DNA of 64,000 bases from Planctomycetota bacterium (GCA_002684655.1 NYVR01000076.1:104-64103); one strand, 5' to 3'. Positions 27,563 through 38,102 are shown, counted from the stretch's first letter. Numbers and translations are program-made. The notes: generated by a model from the letters alone, not told the origin.

Positions 27563-28186
27563 ATGATCAGCCAACCGTTCGAAGAACTCGTTCAATCTCT
27601 GGCGGCAAAGACGCCAACCCCTGGCGGTGGGGCGGCTGCGGCCATGGCCGGGTGCATGGGCACGTCCCTGTTCCTGATGACCGTCCGCTTCTCTCAGGGC
27701 AAGAAGGCCAACGTCGACAGAGAAGATGACCTCGCTCAGGCCGAAGGCGCGTTGCAGAAGCACCTGGAGGAGCTGCTGCCGATGGGCGAGCGCGACTGCC
27801 GAGCCTTCGATCTGGTCTCTGCCGCCTTCCGCATGCCCAAGGATTCCGACGAGGATAAGGCCGCGCGTTCGGCAGCGATTCAGGAGTCTATGGTCGGCGC
27901 GATGCTCGTCCCGGAGCAGACGCAGAACATGATCCGCGACGTCTTCGTGACCATGGACAAAGTCAGCGGCTGCATCGGTAAGTCGATCGCAAGTGACCTC
28001 GCGTCGGGCGCGGCGCTGCTGCTCGCTGGAGCGGAGGGCGCGTTCCTCAACGTCCGCATCAACGCCGCGGAGCTAAAAGATCGGCAGCTCGCTGAAGCGA
28101 CCATGGCCCGGGCGACCGCCGTCAGGGACGAGATCCGTAGCCAGCAGGGCGCCGTCGCCGCTGCCGTCGATAGGATGCTCGGATGA
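27563..28186 (+). CDS. Cyclodeaminase/cyclohydrolase family protein (FTCD C-terminal-like)
   Basis: The N-terminal signature is LAAKTPTPGGGAAAAMAGCMGTSLFLM. The size is about 207 aa. Confidence 0.7.
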   Translation: MISQPFEELVQSLAAKTPTPGGGAAAAMAGCMGTSLFLMTVRFSQGKKANVDREDDLAQAEGALQKHLEELLPMGERDCRAFDLVSAAFRMPKDSDEDKAARSAAIQESMVGAMLVPEQTQNMIRDVFVTMDKVSGCIGKSIASDLASGAALLLAGAEGAFLNVRINAAELKDRQLAEATMARATAVRDEIRSQQGAVAAAVDRMLG

Positions 28187-29727
28187 GCCGTCGCGCCCCG
28201 TTGTTGCTGTGCATCCTCGACGGCTTCGGCGACGCGCCGGACGGCCCCGGGAACGCGATCAGCCAAGCTGGACCGAAGTGCTTCTACAGCCTGCGCGAGC
28301 GCTACCCTTCGACCCAGCTCTCGGCTAGCGGCGAGGACGTCGGCTTGCCTAGCGGTCTGATGGGCAACAGCGAGGTCGGCCACCTCAACATCGGCGCTGG
28401 GCGTGTGGTCTACCAAGACATCACACGCATCGACCGCGCGATCAAAGACGGGCGCTTCGCCGAGAACGAAGCGCTCCGATCCGCGTTCGCGCACGTCGCA
28501 AAAACAGGTGGAGTGCTGCATCTTTTCGGCCTCGTCTCGGACGGGGGCGTGCACAGCAGCGACCGCCACCTGCGCGCGCTGCTTGAGCTCGCAAAGTCCG
28601 AAGGGCTCACCGGTGAGCGCGTCTTGCTGCACGCGTTCCTCGACGGCCGTGACACGCGGCCGCGCTCTGCACACGGCTACATCGAGACCACCGAGGAGTG
28701 GATGGATGAGCTCGGCGTAGGCCGGATCGCCACCGTCATGGGTCGATACTTCGCGATGGATCGCGATAAGCGCTGGGAGCGCGTCCAGCTGGCATACGAC
28801 GCGCTGACGATCGGCCTAGGGTCGTCAGCAGCGACGGCGCGAGCGGCGGTCGATCAGGCGTATGAGCGGGGCGAGAACGACGAGTTCGTCAAGCCGACGG
28901 TCATCGGTTCGCGAGAGCAAGGGCGCGTGCGCACGGATGACGCAGTCCTGTTCTTTAACTTTAGGTCTGACCGAGCGCGGCAGCTCACCGAGTCGTTTGT
29001 CAGTCACGACTTCTCGGCCTTCTCGCGAACCTCCTTCCCCGTGGTGCATTTCGTCACGATGACGCGATACCGCGACGACTTTCCGTGTCCGATCGCGTTC
29101 CCGCCTCAGAGCATGGAGAACACGCTCGCGCAGGTCCTCAGCGCGGCAGGTTTGAAGCAGCTGCGGATCGCGGAGACAGAGAAGTACGCGCACGTGACCT
29201 TCTTTTTCTCTGGCGGTGAAGAGGGCGAGGCTGACGGAGAGCATCGAATTTTGGTGCCTAGCCCGAAGGTCGCGACTTACGACATGCAGCCCGAGATGTC
29301 GGCCGAGCAGGTGACGGAGTCCCTGCTCAAGGCGCTCGCGTCTGATGATCGTCCGGACGTCACCATCTTGAACTTCGCGAACACCGACATGGTCGGCCAC
29401 ACTGGCGTCATGTCTGCAGCGATCACGGCGGTGCAGACCGTGGACAAGTGCCTTGAGCGGGTCGTCAAGGCTGTGCACGAGCTCGGCGGGACCGCGATCG
29501 TCACGGCCGATCACGGCAACATCGAACAGATGATCGATCCAGTGACCGGCGGCGTGCACACTGCACACACCACCAACTTGGTGCCGCTGATCGCGTGCTC
29601 CGACGCTCTAATCGGGCGTAAGCTCAAGCCGCGCGGTCGCCTCTGCGACATCGCGACGACGATGCTGTCGCTGCTGGGCGTGCCGAAACCCGCGGAGATG
29701 GAAGGGCTCGACCTCCTAGAGCCGTGA
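28183..29727 (+). CDS. gpmI: 2,3-bisphosphoglycerate-independent phosphoglycerate mutase
   Basis: Motifs LCILDGFG, GNSEVGHLNIGAGR, SDGGVHS, NFANTDMVGHTG and TADHGN are present. The ATGA start overlaps the upstream stop. Confidence 0.9.
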   Translation: MSRRAPLLLCILDGFGDAPDGPGNAISQAGPKCFYSLRERYPSTQLSASGEDVGLPSGLMGNSEVGHLNIGAGRVVYQDITRIDRAIKDGRFAENEALRSAFAHVAKTGGVLHLFGLVSDGGVHSSDRHLRALLELAKSEGLTGERVLLHAFLDGRDTRPRSAHGYIETTEEWMDELGVGRIATVMGRYFAMDRDKRWERVQLAYDALTIGLGSSAATARAAVDQAYERGENDEFVKPTVIGSREQGRVRTDDAVLFFNFRSDRARQLTESFVSHDFSAFSRTSFPVVHFVTMTRYRDDFPCPIAFPPQSMENTLAQVLSAAGLKQLRIAETEKYAHVTFFFSGGEEGEADGEHRILVPSPKVATYDMQPEMSAEQVTESLLKALASDDRPDVTILNFANTDMVGHTGVMSAAITAVQTVDKCLERVVKAVHELGGTAIVTADHGNIEQMIDPVTGGVHTAHTTNLVPLIACSDALIGRKLKPRGRLCDIATTMLSLLGVPKPAEMEGLDLLEP

Positions 29728-31097
29728 GAGCTGGCGCCGAGAGCATAGTACGGATCGCGTGCGCGTATGTGGCGTTCGCCGCGTCGGCGGTCGCCCAGGA
29801 CCGGGTTCATGAACAAATCGCCGCGGCCGTAGCGGAGGTCGACGCTGGTCGTATCGAGGCGACCGTCCGCAAGCTGTGCAGCTTTGGGACGCGGCACATA
29901 CTCTCGCGGACGGACAGCGACACCGAGGGAGCCGGCGCAGCGCGTCGTTGGTTGAAGGCGGCGTATGAGGAGATCGCTGCGACCAGCGACGGCCGCATGA
30001 CGGTGCGCTTTCAAGAGGCCGTCCTGCCCTGTCTGCGGAGCGGGATGCCGCGTCAGGTCAAGGTCGTCAACGTGGTAGCGACGCTGCGGGGTGCATCAGA
30101 CCCTGGACGAGCCTATGTCGTGGGCGGGCACTATGATTCTCGCAACAGCGATGGCGCGGACGGCGAAGGCGCAGCACCTGGTGCGGTCGATGACGCCTCG
30201 GGAACTGCGGTCGCGCTGGAGGCCGCGCGCGTCTTGGCGTCGCGGCGCGTCGCCGCGACGATCTTGTTTGTAGCCTACGACGGCGAAGAGCAGGGTTTGC
30301 TCGGGTCAAAGGTCCACGCGCAATCCCTCGCTGATGAGGGTGTCGACGTCGACGGCATGATCACATGTGACATCGTAGGCAACACCACGGGGATGGACGG
30401 TGAGACCTATGACGGCTACGTGCGTTGCTTCAGCTACGCCCCGACCGGCAACGACAGCTTCGGTCGTAGCATGGCGCGCGCGGTCAGCCGCGCGGGTCGC
30501 CGATACGTCGATGGCTTCGACGTCAAGCTGATCTACCGCGGCGACCGCTACGGTCGCGGCGGCGATCACAGGTCGTTCTTTGACCAGGGGTTCCCCGCGG
30601 TTCGCCTGACCGAGCCGCGTGAGGACTTCTCTCGCCAGCACCAGAACGTGCGCCCGCGAAACGGCGTTCCTTACGGTGACCTGCCGGACTACGCCGACTT
30701 CGGCTACTCGGCGCAGGTCGCGCGGGTCGCGGTCGCGACGTTGTTCGAGCTTGCGTCGGCGCCGCCGCCGCCGCTCGTCAGCGTTGCTAGGCTCGCGCGT
30801 GACGCCTACGACACCGAGCTAGTCTTCCAGCTTCCGGACGGCGTCACCCGCTGTGAGTTTGTCTGGCGCGAGACGACGGAGGCAGACTGGACTCACGTGA
30901 TGTCCATGGCTGAGGTTGGCGCCGTGGCCGGTAGAGGTGGACGCATGCTGGCGCGCATGCCAGGCGTCTGTCTCGACGATGTCGTCGTCGGCGTCCGCGC
31001 GATCTCAGCGGCTGGCGCCCGGAGCCGCGTCGCCACCCCTCCCGAGCCCGATCGCTTCGCGCAACGGCCACGGAGTAGTACGCGCAGGGGGAAGTAG
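29724..31097 (+). CDS. M28-family metallopeptidase
   Basis: Motifs GGHYDS, DDASGTAVALE and AYDGEEQGLLGS are present. The GTGA start overlaps the gpmI stop. Confidence 0.7.
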   Translation: MRAGAESIVRIACAYVAFAASAVAQDRVHEQIAAAVAEVDAGRIEATVRKLCSFGTRHILSRTDSDTEGAGAARRWLKAAYEEIAATSDGRMTVRFQEAVLPCLRSGMPRQVKVVNVVATLRGASDPGRAYVVGGHYDSRNSDGADGEGAAPGAVDDASGTAVALEAARVLASRRVAATILFVAYDGEEQGLLGSKVHAQSLADEGVDVDGMITCDIVGNTTGMDGETYDGYVRCFSYAPTGNDSFGRSMARAVSRAGRRYVDGFDVKLIYRGDRYGRGGDHRSFFDQGFPAVRLTEPREDFSRQHQNVRPRNGVPYGDLPDYADFGYSAQVARVAVATLFELASAPPPPLVSVARLARDAYDTELVFQLPDGVTRCEFVWRETTEADWTHVMSMAEVGAVAGRGGRMLARMPGVCLDDVVVGVRAISAAGARSRVATPPEPDRFAQRPRSSTRRGK

Positions 31098-31124
31098 GAC
31101 CGCTGAGCCGCTACCATTTCGCGC

Positions 31125-33797
31125 ATGACGGCCGCTATACGTCGATATGGATTGGTCCCTGTTCCGTGGTTGGTGTTGCTCGCCGCATGCGCGGGCGACG
31201 GCAGCGACATCGGCCCGAGGCTTCCGCGCATCCCGGACAAAAGCTCCAAGGTGCTGCTGTTCGACGACGACAACCAAGGCGTGGTGTCGGCGACGGTCGC
31301 GCTGGCGGGGTCTACGACGAGCGCCCTTACGGGGCGGAACGGACGCGGTGACTTTCTGGCGACGCCTCGTGGTCGCCTGCTGTTCGACGTTGACCCTTCG
31401 TGGGCCGCGGCGACCGCCGGAGACACGTTGGGTGGCTACCGGGTGGCGCTAACGGTAACTGGCCCCGACGCGCCGACGCCGTTGCATGTCCCGCAGCTGC
31501 CGGACTCGGCGAGCGCCGTCGTCAACGTCGGCTTGCAGACAACTGCTACCACGATCTCGTCCGCTCACGGCGCCCTCGCCGTGGCCTCAGGTGTGTCCAT
31601 CTCCGTCGAGGGCGTCACCGAAACGACGCGCTTGTCTCTAGGAGAGCTCTCGGCGGAGCACTTGCCTGGCGACGTTCCTTCGAGCGGTGTCGGGACGCGA
31701 CTTTTTGGACGCGGCTTCTACGTTGCGCCGCTGGGCGCCTCATTCTCCGCCGGCCTCGACCTCGACGTCGAAGACGACATCCGCGCCACCACGCTGGGCG
31801 CAGAGCTGTTCTGGCTCGACGACCAATCGGGAGAGTGGATCATCGTCGGCGTCGCGACGGCATCGGCAGGGCGGTTGACAGCGTCGGGCGTGATCGAGCG
31901 CGGGGGCCTCTATGCGTTCGGGGTGATCGTGGAGGACGTGCGGAGCGTTGAAGGCCGCGTCGTTGACGTCGAGGGCCTGCCAGTCCCTGACGTGATGGTC
32001 ACAGTTGATCAGCGACACACGACGACGGCTTCAAACGGGACGTTCTTCTTGGACGGCGTCGCAGAGACGTACGGCAACGGCGATCTGCGTGACGCACCGC
32101 TCGAGCTCTATGCGGGTGGCAGTTGGTTGCCTGTGATCACGAGTCTGACCGTCTCGGGATCGTCTCCGACGATCGACGTCGGCGATGTCGAACTCGACAC
32201 GGTGCGCGCAGGGAGCGTGCGCGTTCAGCAGGTCTTGCGAGCGCGCGCCGACGGATTCCAGCCGGCGCGTCTCAGCTCGGTGATCGGTGAGGTGGCGCTG
32301 TCCCAGATGAGCGACGCCAATGGTCAGGTGACCTTCGAGGACGTCCCGTCGGGCTACTTTGGCTTCCAGGAGGGGCGCCGCCAAAACGATCGGAGAGTGT
32401 ATTACGGCCAGGAGGTCGGCTTCCTGGAGTTCGGCAGGAGGTGGCTCGACAGCTACCAGTTCTTGTTTGATCGTCCTTGGTTCCAGGGGACGCGCAGCAC
32501 CCGCGGCTATATCTGTGATCGGGTCGGCGGCGGCCCGGTTGAGTTCGCTAACCTCGTGAAGGGTGACACAGCGGACGCCGGCTACATCGGCGAGACGAGG
32601 GAGACGGGACAGCTCTTCGGTGAGCGCGGCTTCAAGCGGCGGGCTACGGCGACGTTACGGACCGAGCGAGAAGGCGTCGCCATCACGCACGGGTTTACGG
32701 TCGCGCTGCCCCGATCAGATCACCAGGAGTTCCCGATGCGGCGTGTTCTTCGTCGTCCGCTAGGAAACTTTGAACGCCACGGCTACGTGACGGGATCCGT
32801 AACCGGAACGACGCCGGGCAGCAGCTACGACACGCGCGTGACGAGGCGGATGACGCGCCAGGAGCTCTGGGATGCAGTCGTCGAAGGCGCCCCGATGTCA
32901 TCAACGTTTCCGGTCGATATCGCTGTGGGGCCGACGCAGAGCGGCTTTCGCGTTGGGTTGCCCGTCGCGGGCGGGAACATCGCCGTCGTTGAATTGGCGG
33001 ACAACAACGGCAAAGACCGTCTCGAGAAGTACGCGGTGCTCGCGGACGTTCGTGACGGGCTTGTTGAGGGGGCGAACCTGACGCTCGATGACCCAGTTCC
33101 CTTGGTCGCCTCGACGCAGTTTGTCTTGCAGGACGCCCTGGCGGCGGCGCCGGCTGAGGTCGATGCGACGAGTCTGGAGCTTTCGATCGGGCAGGAGGTC
33201 GACGGTGCAGGGGTCGTCGATGTAGCCCGCCGCGTCGACGGCTCCATATCGCTGACAGGCGACGACCTGGAGTTGGCGCTGCCGCCGCTGTCTTTGGGCG
33301 AGCGATGGATCCTTTTGCTTGGCGGCGAGTCGACGTCTGCGGACGTGACCTCCTCCCATTACTCCATGATCGACGTTGAGGGCGCTACGACCACAGGCTT
33401 CGCGTTTCGTCCGTTCCCGACGCTCACGGCGCCAGCTGCTGGTGCGACCGTCGCCGCGTCGGGGTTCGACGTCGAGTTCTCGCTACCTGTAGGCTGCCTT
33501 GGCGGCAAGATCGAGCTCTACTCGGAGGGCGCGGGCAGCGAGGACACGTTGATCTGGGAGGTCCTCGTTCCGCCGGATGAACTGGACTTCCGATTTGTTC
33601 AGCTGCCGGCTGAGGCGGAGACTCCGCTCCTCGCCAACCGCACCTACACGCTCAAGGTCAGCGCTTGGTTTGGAACGGTGGACATCTTTACGCCGAACGT
33701 CTACGGCGATTTCGTCGCTTTCGCCCAGTCGATCGCGCCGGTCGAGGGCGGCGTCCGTCAGGTCACGACGAGGTCGATCGAGATCCAGACCAACTGA
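31125..33797 (+). CDS. Large lipoprotein with at least one carboxypeptidase-regulatory-like domain
   Basis: It has a lipobox (LVLLAACAG). The segment VEGRVVDVEGLPVPDVMVTVD...NGTFFLDGV is present. The rest is unassigned. Confidence 0.55.
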   Translation: MTAAIRRYGLVPVPWLVLLAACAGDGSDIGPRLPRIPDKSSKVLLFDDDNQGVVSATVALAGSTTSALTGRNGRGDFLATPRGRLLFDVDPSWAAATAGDTLGGYRVALTVTGPDAPTPLHVPQLPDSASAVVNVGLQTTATTISSAHGALAVASGVSISVEGVTETTRLSLGELSAEHLPGDVPSSGVGTRLFGRGFYVAPLGASFSAGLDLDVEDDIRATTLGAELFWLDDQSGEWIIVGVATASAGRLTASGVIERGGLYAFGVIVEDVRSVEGRVVDVEGLPVPDVMVTVDQRHTTTASNGTFFLDGVAETYGNGDLRDAPLELYAGGSWLPVITSLTVSGSSPTIDVGDVELDTVRAGSVRVQQVLRARADGFQPARLSSVIGEVALSQMSDANGQVTFEDVPSGYFGFQEGRRQNDRRVYYGQEVGFLEFGRRWLDSYQFLFDRPWFQGTRSTRGYICDRVGGGPVEFANLVKGDTADAGYIGETRETGQLFGERGFKRRATATLRTEREGVAITHGFTVALPRSDHQEFPMRRVLRRPLGNFERHGYVTGSVTGTTPGSSYDTRVTRRMTRQELWDAVVEGAPMSSTFPVDIAVGPTQSGFRVGLPVAGGNIAVVELADNNGKDRLEKYAVLADVRDGLVEGANLTLDDPVPLVASTQFVLQDALAAAPAEVDATSLELSIGQEVDGAGVVDVARRVDGSISLTGDDLELALPPLSLGERWILLLGGESTSADVTSSHYSMIDVEGATTTGFAFRPFPTLTAPAAGATVAASGFDVEFSLPVGCLGGKIELYSEGAGSEDTLIWEVLVPPDELDFRFVQLPAEAETPLLANRTYTLKVSAWFGTVDIFTPNVYGDFVAFAQSIAPVEGGVRQVTTRSIEIQTN

Positions 33798-35068
33798 TGC
33801 GCGCGCCGACGGTATGGATCTGCGCTTGCGCGGCGACGGCCGCTTGCGTTTGGCAGCCCGCGCCCCTCTCGGTCGCTGACCAGCTCTTGTTGGGGGCCAC
33901 AGCCTTGCGGTCTGGGCGACTGGCCGACGCTCGCGAACTGATCGATGGCGCGAGGGATCGTGATCCGTCGAGTGTGACCGCGGCGCAGTGGAGCGGGCAG
34001 CTCGCAGACCTGCTGTGGCAGGACGACCTATCGATTCGAGAGCGCATGTCGGCGGTGCGGTTGGCGCGGGCTGCAAGGCGCGAAGACTTGGTCGCAGAGC
34101 TTCGCGGTCAGCTCGGCGATCAACTGTTCCGGGCCGGTCGGTGGGGCGAGAGCTCTACGTCGCTCTTGGCGGGCGCGCGTGGCGTCCAGGAAGAGCGACG
34201 CCGGGCCTTCGCCGTCGTGGCTGCATCGCTGCCCTACGTGCGCAAATTTTCGGGACCGCTCCTGACAGAGCGTCCGCTGCAGCTCGGCCAAGTGCCGGAG
34301 TTCATCTGTCATAGCAAGGACAAGAAGCGGGCTTTTGCGATCGACACGGGCACCTCGATGACCACCGTCGCGTCGAGCTTCGCGTCCGAGCTCGGGGTCC
34401 GCAGTAGGCGGCCTGCGGGAGCGGCGCTCGACGGTCAGGGACGGCGCCTTCCGGTCGAGATTGGCCTCCTGCCGCAATTTGGGATCGGCAGCGTCGAGGT
34501 CGGCGCGGTGCCAGTAATGGTCGTCGCGGACAGTGCGCTGCAGCTTCGTGATCTTCACGGGGGCGCGGAGCGCGCGCCGCGGGGCGTGTTGGGGTTGGAC
34601 CTGATAGGCGCATGTCGCCTGACGATTGATCCAGAGCGAGGAGGGGTCGTGCTGGCCGTCTCGCAGGGGCTACCTGTAGAGCGCTCCGTTCAGTGCGCGC
34701 GGGTCGAGGGCCGGTGCCTGGTGCCCGTGATCGTCGAGGGGGCGCAGCTCTGGTTTGTTCTCGACCCCGGCGCGAGCCATTCTAGCTTGACGAGCAGCGG
34801 GCTCGCGCGCATCGCCGGCGGGCGTGAGCGCGCTGCCGCGGCGTTCCGCAGGGTCAGGACTGTGGGCGGCGGGGTCGTCGCCGTGAGAGAGCTTCGGGGC
34901 ATCGTCCTGCGCTGTTCGGAGGCGCGCTTCCTTCAGGTGACGCTGCCGATCGTTGACCGCGGCCATTCAGATTTTTTTCCTGTACATGGCGTCATCGGTA
35001 TCGACCTATTGAGCAGGTGTCGCGTCACCCTGGATCGCGGTCGGGCGCGCCTGACCGCGGCTGGTTGA
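33797..35068 (+). CDS. Secreted protein with two retropepsin-like (clan AA) aspartic protease domains
   Basis: The first domain has FAIDTGTSMTTV (DTG). The second has FVLDPGASHSSLT (DPG). The ATG overlaps the upstream TGA (TGATG). Confidence 0.5.
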   Translation: MRAPTVWICACAATAACVWQPAPLSVADQLLLGATALRSGRLADARELIDGARDRDPSSVTAAQWSGQLADLLWQDDLSIRERMSAVRLARAARREDLVAELRGQLGDQLFRAGRWGESSTSLLAGARGVQEERRRAFAVVAASLPYVRKFSGPLLTERPLQLGQVPEFICHSKDKKRAFAIDTGTSMTTVASSFASELGVRSRRPAGAALDGQGRRLPVEIGLLPQFGIGSVEVGAVPVMVVADSALQLRDLHGGAERAPRGVLGLDLIGACRLTIDPERGGVVLAVSQGLPVERSVQCARVEGRCLVPVIVEGAQLWFVLDPGASHSSLTSSGLARIAGGRERAAAAFRRVRTVGGGVVAVRELRGIVLRCSEARFLQVTLPIVDRGHSDFFPVHGVIGIDLLSRCRVTLDRGRARLTAAG

Positions 35069-35100
35069 TGCGCTGACTCAAAGCTGGCTACAAGGTAACT

Positions 35101-36090
35101 ATGCCTCCGATAGAGCGAGTCCCTACAGCATGCCTTTCAGACGCGGTCGCCAGGATCGCGGACGACGGGGTGCTGACCTGTTGTAACGCGCCGATGACGG
35201 CTTGGCTCGGCGCTGCCCGGCTCAGCCTTGACGCGCTGCCGCTCGACGCAGATCAGCGTGCAGAGCTTGCCGAAGGTGCCGTCGTGGTCGTGCATGAGGG
35301 CGCTGCATCCATGGAGCTGAGGCGTCACCTCGTCGACGGGGAGGCGTGGCTCACGGCGCGCGACGTCACCGACCGCGAGCGGCTGGCGGCGACGCTGTTG
35401 GCCACGATCCGCAGCCGATCCCTCGCGGAGATCGCGGCAAGCCTATCTCACGACATGAACAACCAACTGAGCTCTGCGCTCGCGCTATGTGCTGAGCTGA
35501 GCGTGCACGCGCAGGATGAGGAGGACATCCGGTGTATTCGCGACGTTGAGCGGGGGACCAAGATCGGAGCGACAGCGTTCGGCGCCCTCGCCCGCATGCT
35601 GACGCAGGCGCCGGCGCGTCGCAGCCGCGTCGATGTCACAGAAGCGCTAGACGAGGTCATGGCGATCGTCTCGAAGGTGTTCCAGCAGAACGGCGTCCCG
35701 CTCCAGGTAAACGTCGCGGAGGCGCTGCCAGAGGTTCGGGTGGTGCTGGTGGACGTGGTGCACTCGATGGCCTCGGTGCTCCGCGCGGTCGCGGCGCTGT
35801 CTCCTGCGGAGGTCGCCGTCAGCGCCGATATGCGACCTGCCGACATGGCTCGCCGCGCTGATGTCGTCATCGAGGTCTGCGCGCGCGGCGTCGAATCGGC
35901 GCAGGCGGCCGCTTACGGCCGGGCATTCCAAGCTGAAGCTGGGAGCTTGCGCGAACTCGCCCAGAGCCCGAGCGCTGATCAGGCCTTGCCCGTCGCCTCA
36001 TTCCTCCAGCGACGCTTCGGTGGTGATCTGGCGACCTCATCGAGCGGCGACCGACTGACGCTTGTTTTCTCCTTTCCGGTCGCGCGCTGA
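35101..36090 (+). CDS. Cytoplasmic histidine-kinase-like protein with an apparently degenerate ATPase domain
   Basis: The H-box is IAASLSHDMNNQLSSAL. I found no recognisable N, G1 (DxGxG) or G2 (GxGxGL) boxes in the C-terminal part. Confidence 0.5.
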   Translation: MPPIERVPTACLSDAVARIADDGVLTCCNAPMTAWLGAARLSLDALPLDADQRAELAEGAVVVVHEGAASMELRRHLVDGEAWLTARDVTDRERLAATLLATIRSRSLAEIAASLSHDMNNQLSSALALCAELSVHAQDEEDIRCIRDVERGTKIGATAFGALARMLTQAPARRSRVDVTEALDEVMAIVSKVFQQNGVPLQVNVAEALPEVRVVLVDVVHSMASVLRAVAALSPAEVAVSADMRPADMARRADVVIEVCARGVESAQAAAYGRAFQAEAGSLRELAQSPSADQALPVASFLQRRFGGDLATSSSGDRLTLVFSFPVAR

Positions 36091-36104
36091 CGGCGCGGCC
36101 AAGC

Positions 36105-38102
36105 TCAATCGCCGTCACGCATAGCGGAGGCTGCGCGGGCGCCCGCGGCCATGGTGCGCGCGCGGTCGTCATCAAAGGGCTGGCCGCCGAAGCGGACCTC
36201 CTGATAGGCGGCGAAGGCAGCGCGCACGTCGGGGGCGGCTCGCCCCGCGGCTTCCAGATGGTCCGCGAAGCTCTCCAAGGTCTGGCCGTGGGTTCGGCGG
36301 TAGCCGGCCTTGGCCAGCGCCCTCATGAGCTTCTGCAGCGCTCGTCGCACCTTTGGGGTGGCCTGCGAAGCAGCGAGCTTCGGTCGCTTGGGCGCGCGGC
36401 GAGGGAGGACCGCGAACAGCAGCGTCAGCAACAGCGCGCTCGGCAAGAGCCACGGCGCCTTGATCGCGTCAGCGACAGTCCGTAGCGCGGGTGCGTAGAA
36501 CGTGTCGTCGGCGTCTGCGGTGAGCTCATTCGTTTCAGCGGCTCGCTGCGCAGCGGGCACGCTGCGCCCGCGCCCTGATGGTGGAGTAGGGTCGAAGATC
36601 TGGAAGCCGCGCCTCGCGATAGGGATCTCCACCCAAGCATGAGCATGTTGCGAGCCATAGATGCGCGCTCCTGATCCGTCGGGGCTGGCCTCCCCGCCGT
36701 AGAGTCCTACACCGATACGGCACGGAATATCTCGCATGCGAAGCATCAACGCTGCGGCGGACGCGAAGTGCATGCAGTAGCCGTGTCGGTCGTCTTCGGC
36801 GAACAAGAAGTTCTCTAGCTCTTGGGAGAATGGACCGGAAGGCGTGCTGCGTTCATAACGACAGCGATCGGCGAGCCCCGCAGCGATCGCTGCCATCGCC
36901 TGTCGCGGGTCGCGCCCGACGCCCCATTCGTTGAGGAGCGCTTCATATGGCGCGCGGTCGAGGCCTTTGGGGAGCTGGGTCAGCTCGCGGACGTCCGCGC
37001 GTCGTTCGATCGCGGCGCGCGCTGGCAGCGGCGGGAACTCCAGCCACGTCACCGTATAAGGAGCGGCGTTTTGGCCTAGCGGACGGATCCATTCCCGCGC
37101 CGGATCGACGGTGAGCCCTTCGATGCCGCGAAGCCTAGTGGTGTGTGGCGGCAGGAATACGAACTTCGACGCGCCCGCGTAGCGCTCGAGCTGCAGGGTG
37201 TGCACGGTGGCGCGCGGTTCGCTGCGCCAGAAGACGTGCCCATCGGGCTCCGACTGCGGGCGGACTTGGAGCGGCCCGATCTCCCATCGGCGTAGACCCG
37301 CGACGGCGAAGAAGCCGCAACGCAGGTAGAGCGCCGGCGTGACAGCGTCGTCGAGGTCCGCTGCGCGAACCAGTCGCTCGCCTTCGAGCTCCGACAGGAC
37401 ACCGCCGGCCCCGTCGAATGAGAATGTGTCGTCGAGACCAATTTCTATGCGACTGCTGGCGCGCGACTTGTCGCGCTGGTCCTCGGACTCGTTGACGCGG
37501 CTTGGCGAAGGTAGGCAGGTGATCGCGCGATCGACGGCGACTGCCGAGAGCACACACAATAAGCACAGCGAGATGCTCGCGCCGACATCCTGCAGGCGGC
37601 GCGGCTGCCCGCGGCGGCCTGTGGCGGCGACGCTATAGCTCCTGAGCAGCGTCGCGGCGTGCAGGCTAAGGAACGAAGTGACGACGTAGCCGGCGAGGAG
37701 CCAGACCCGCAGCCCATCCAGGATGATCCCGACCAGCAAGACGCAGAGGCTCAAGAACAACGCGAGCGACGGGTCCCGATCGTGATTCCGAGTGGTCGCG
37801 AAGGCCAGTGGCGGCAGGATCGTGCACGAGAGCGCCGCGGCTCGCGTCATGGGACCGACCAGCTCCAGGGCGGACCAACACGCGGTCGCTTGTAGCGTCA
37901 CAGCGAGCAGGGCCCTGCCCCACGGCGAGTCGGATAAGCGCGACCAGCACCCCAGCACAGCGCCGGGCAGCGTGAACGCCAGCAGCCACGGTAGCGGGAG
38001 GTCGCCGCGTGGCAGGCTGGCCAACGCGAGGGCCGTTGTCGACAAGACGGCCGCCGTCGCTAGCTGGCGGAGCCTGCGCGGCGCGCGGTCAGGTGAGGTC
38101 AT
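36105..38102 (-). CDS. Transglutaminase-like membrane protein (TgpA type)
   Basis: The N-terminal region is multi-TM. The catalytic core has GYCMHFASAAALMLR (Cys), HAWVEI (His) and FDPT (Asp). A C-terminal TM and a helical tail follow. Confidence 0.75.
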   Translation of the reverse strand: MTSPDRAPRRLRQLATAAVLSTTALALASLPRGDLPLPWLLAFTLPGAVLGCWSRLSDSPWGRALLAVTLQATACWSALELVGPMTRAAALSCTILPPLAFATTRNHDRDPSLALFLSLCVLLVGIILDGLRVWLLAGYVVTSFLSLHAATLLRSYSVAATGRRGQPRRLQDVGASISLCLLCVLSAVAVDRAITCLPSPSRVNESEDQRDKSRASSRIEIGLDDTFSFDGAGGVLSELEGERLVRAADLDDAVTPALYLRCGFFAVAGLRRWEIGPLQVRPQSEPDGHVFWRSEPRATVHTLQLERYAGASKFVFLPPHTTRLRGIEGLTVDPAREWIRPLGQNAAPYTVTWLEFPPLPARAAIERRADVRELTQLPKGLDRAPYEALLNEWGVGRDPRQAMAAIAAGLADRCRYERSTPSGPFSQELENFLFAEDDRHGYCMHFASAAALMLRMRDIPCRIGVGLYGGEASPDGSGARIYGSQHAHAWVEIPIARRGFQIFDPTPPSGRGRSVPAAQRAAETNELTADADDTFYAPALRTVADAIKAPWLLPSALLLTLLFAVLPRRAPKRPKLAASQATPKVRRALQKLMRALAKAGYRRTHGQTLESFADHLEAAGRAAPDVRAAFAAYQEVRFGGQPFDDDRARTMAAGARAASAMRDGD

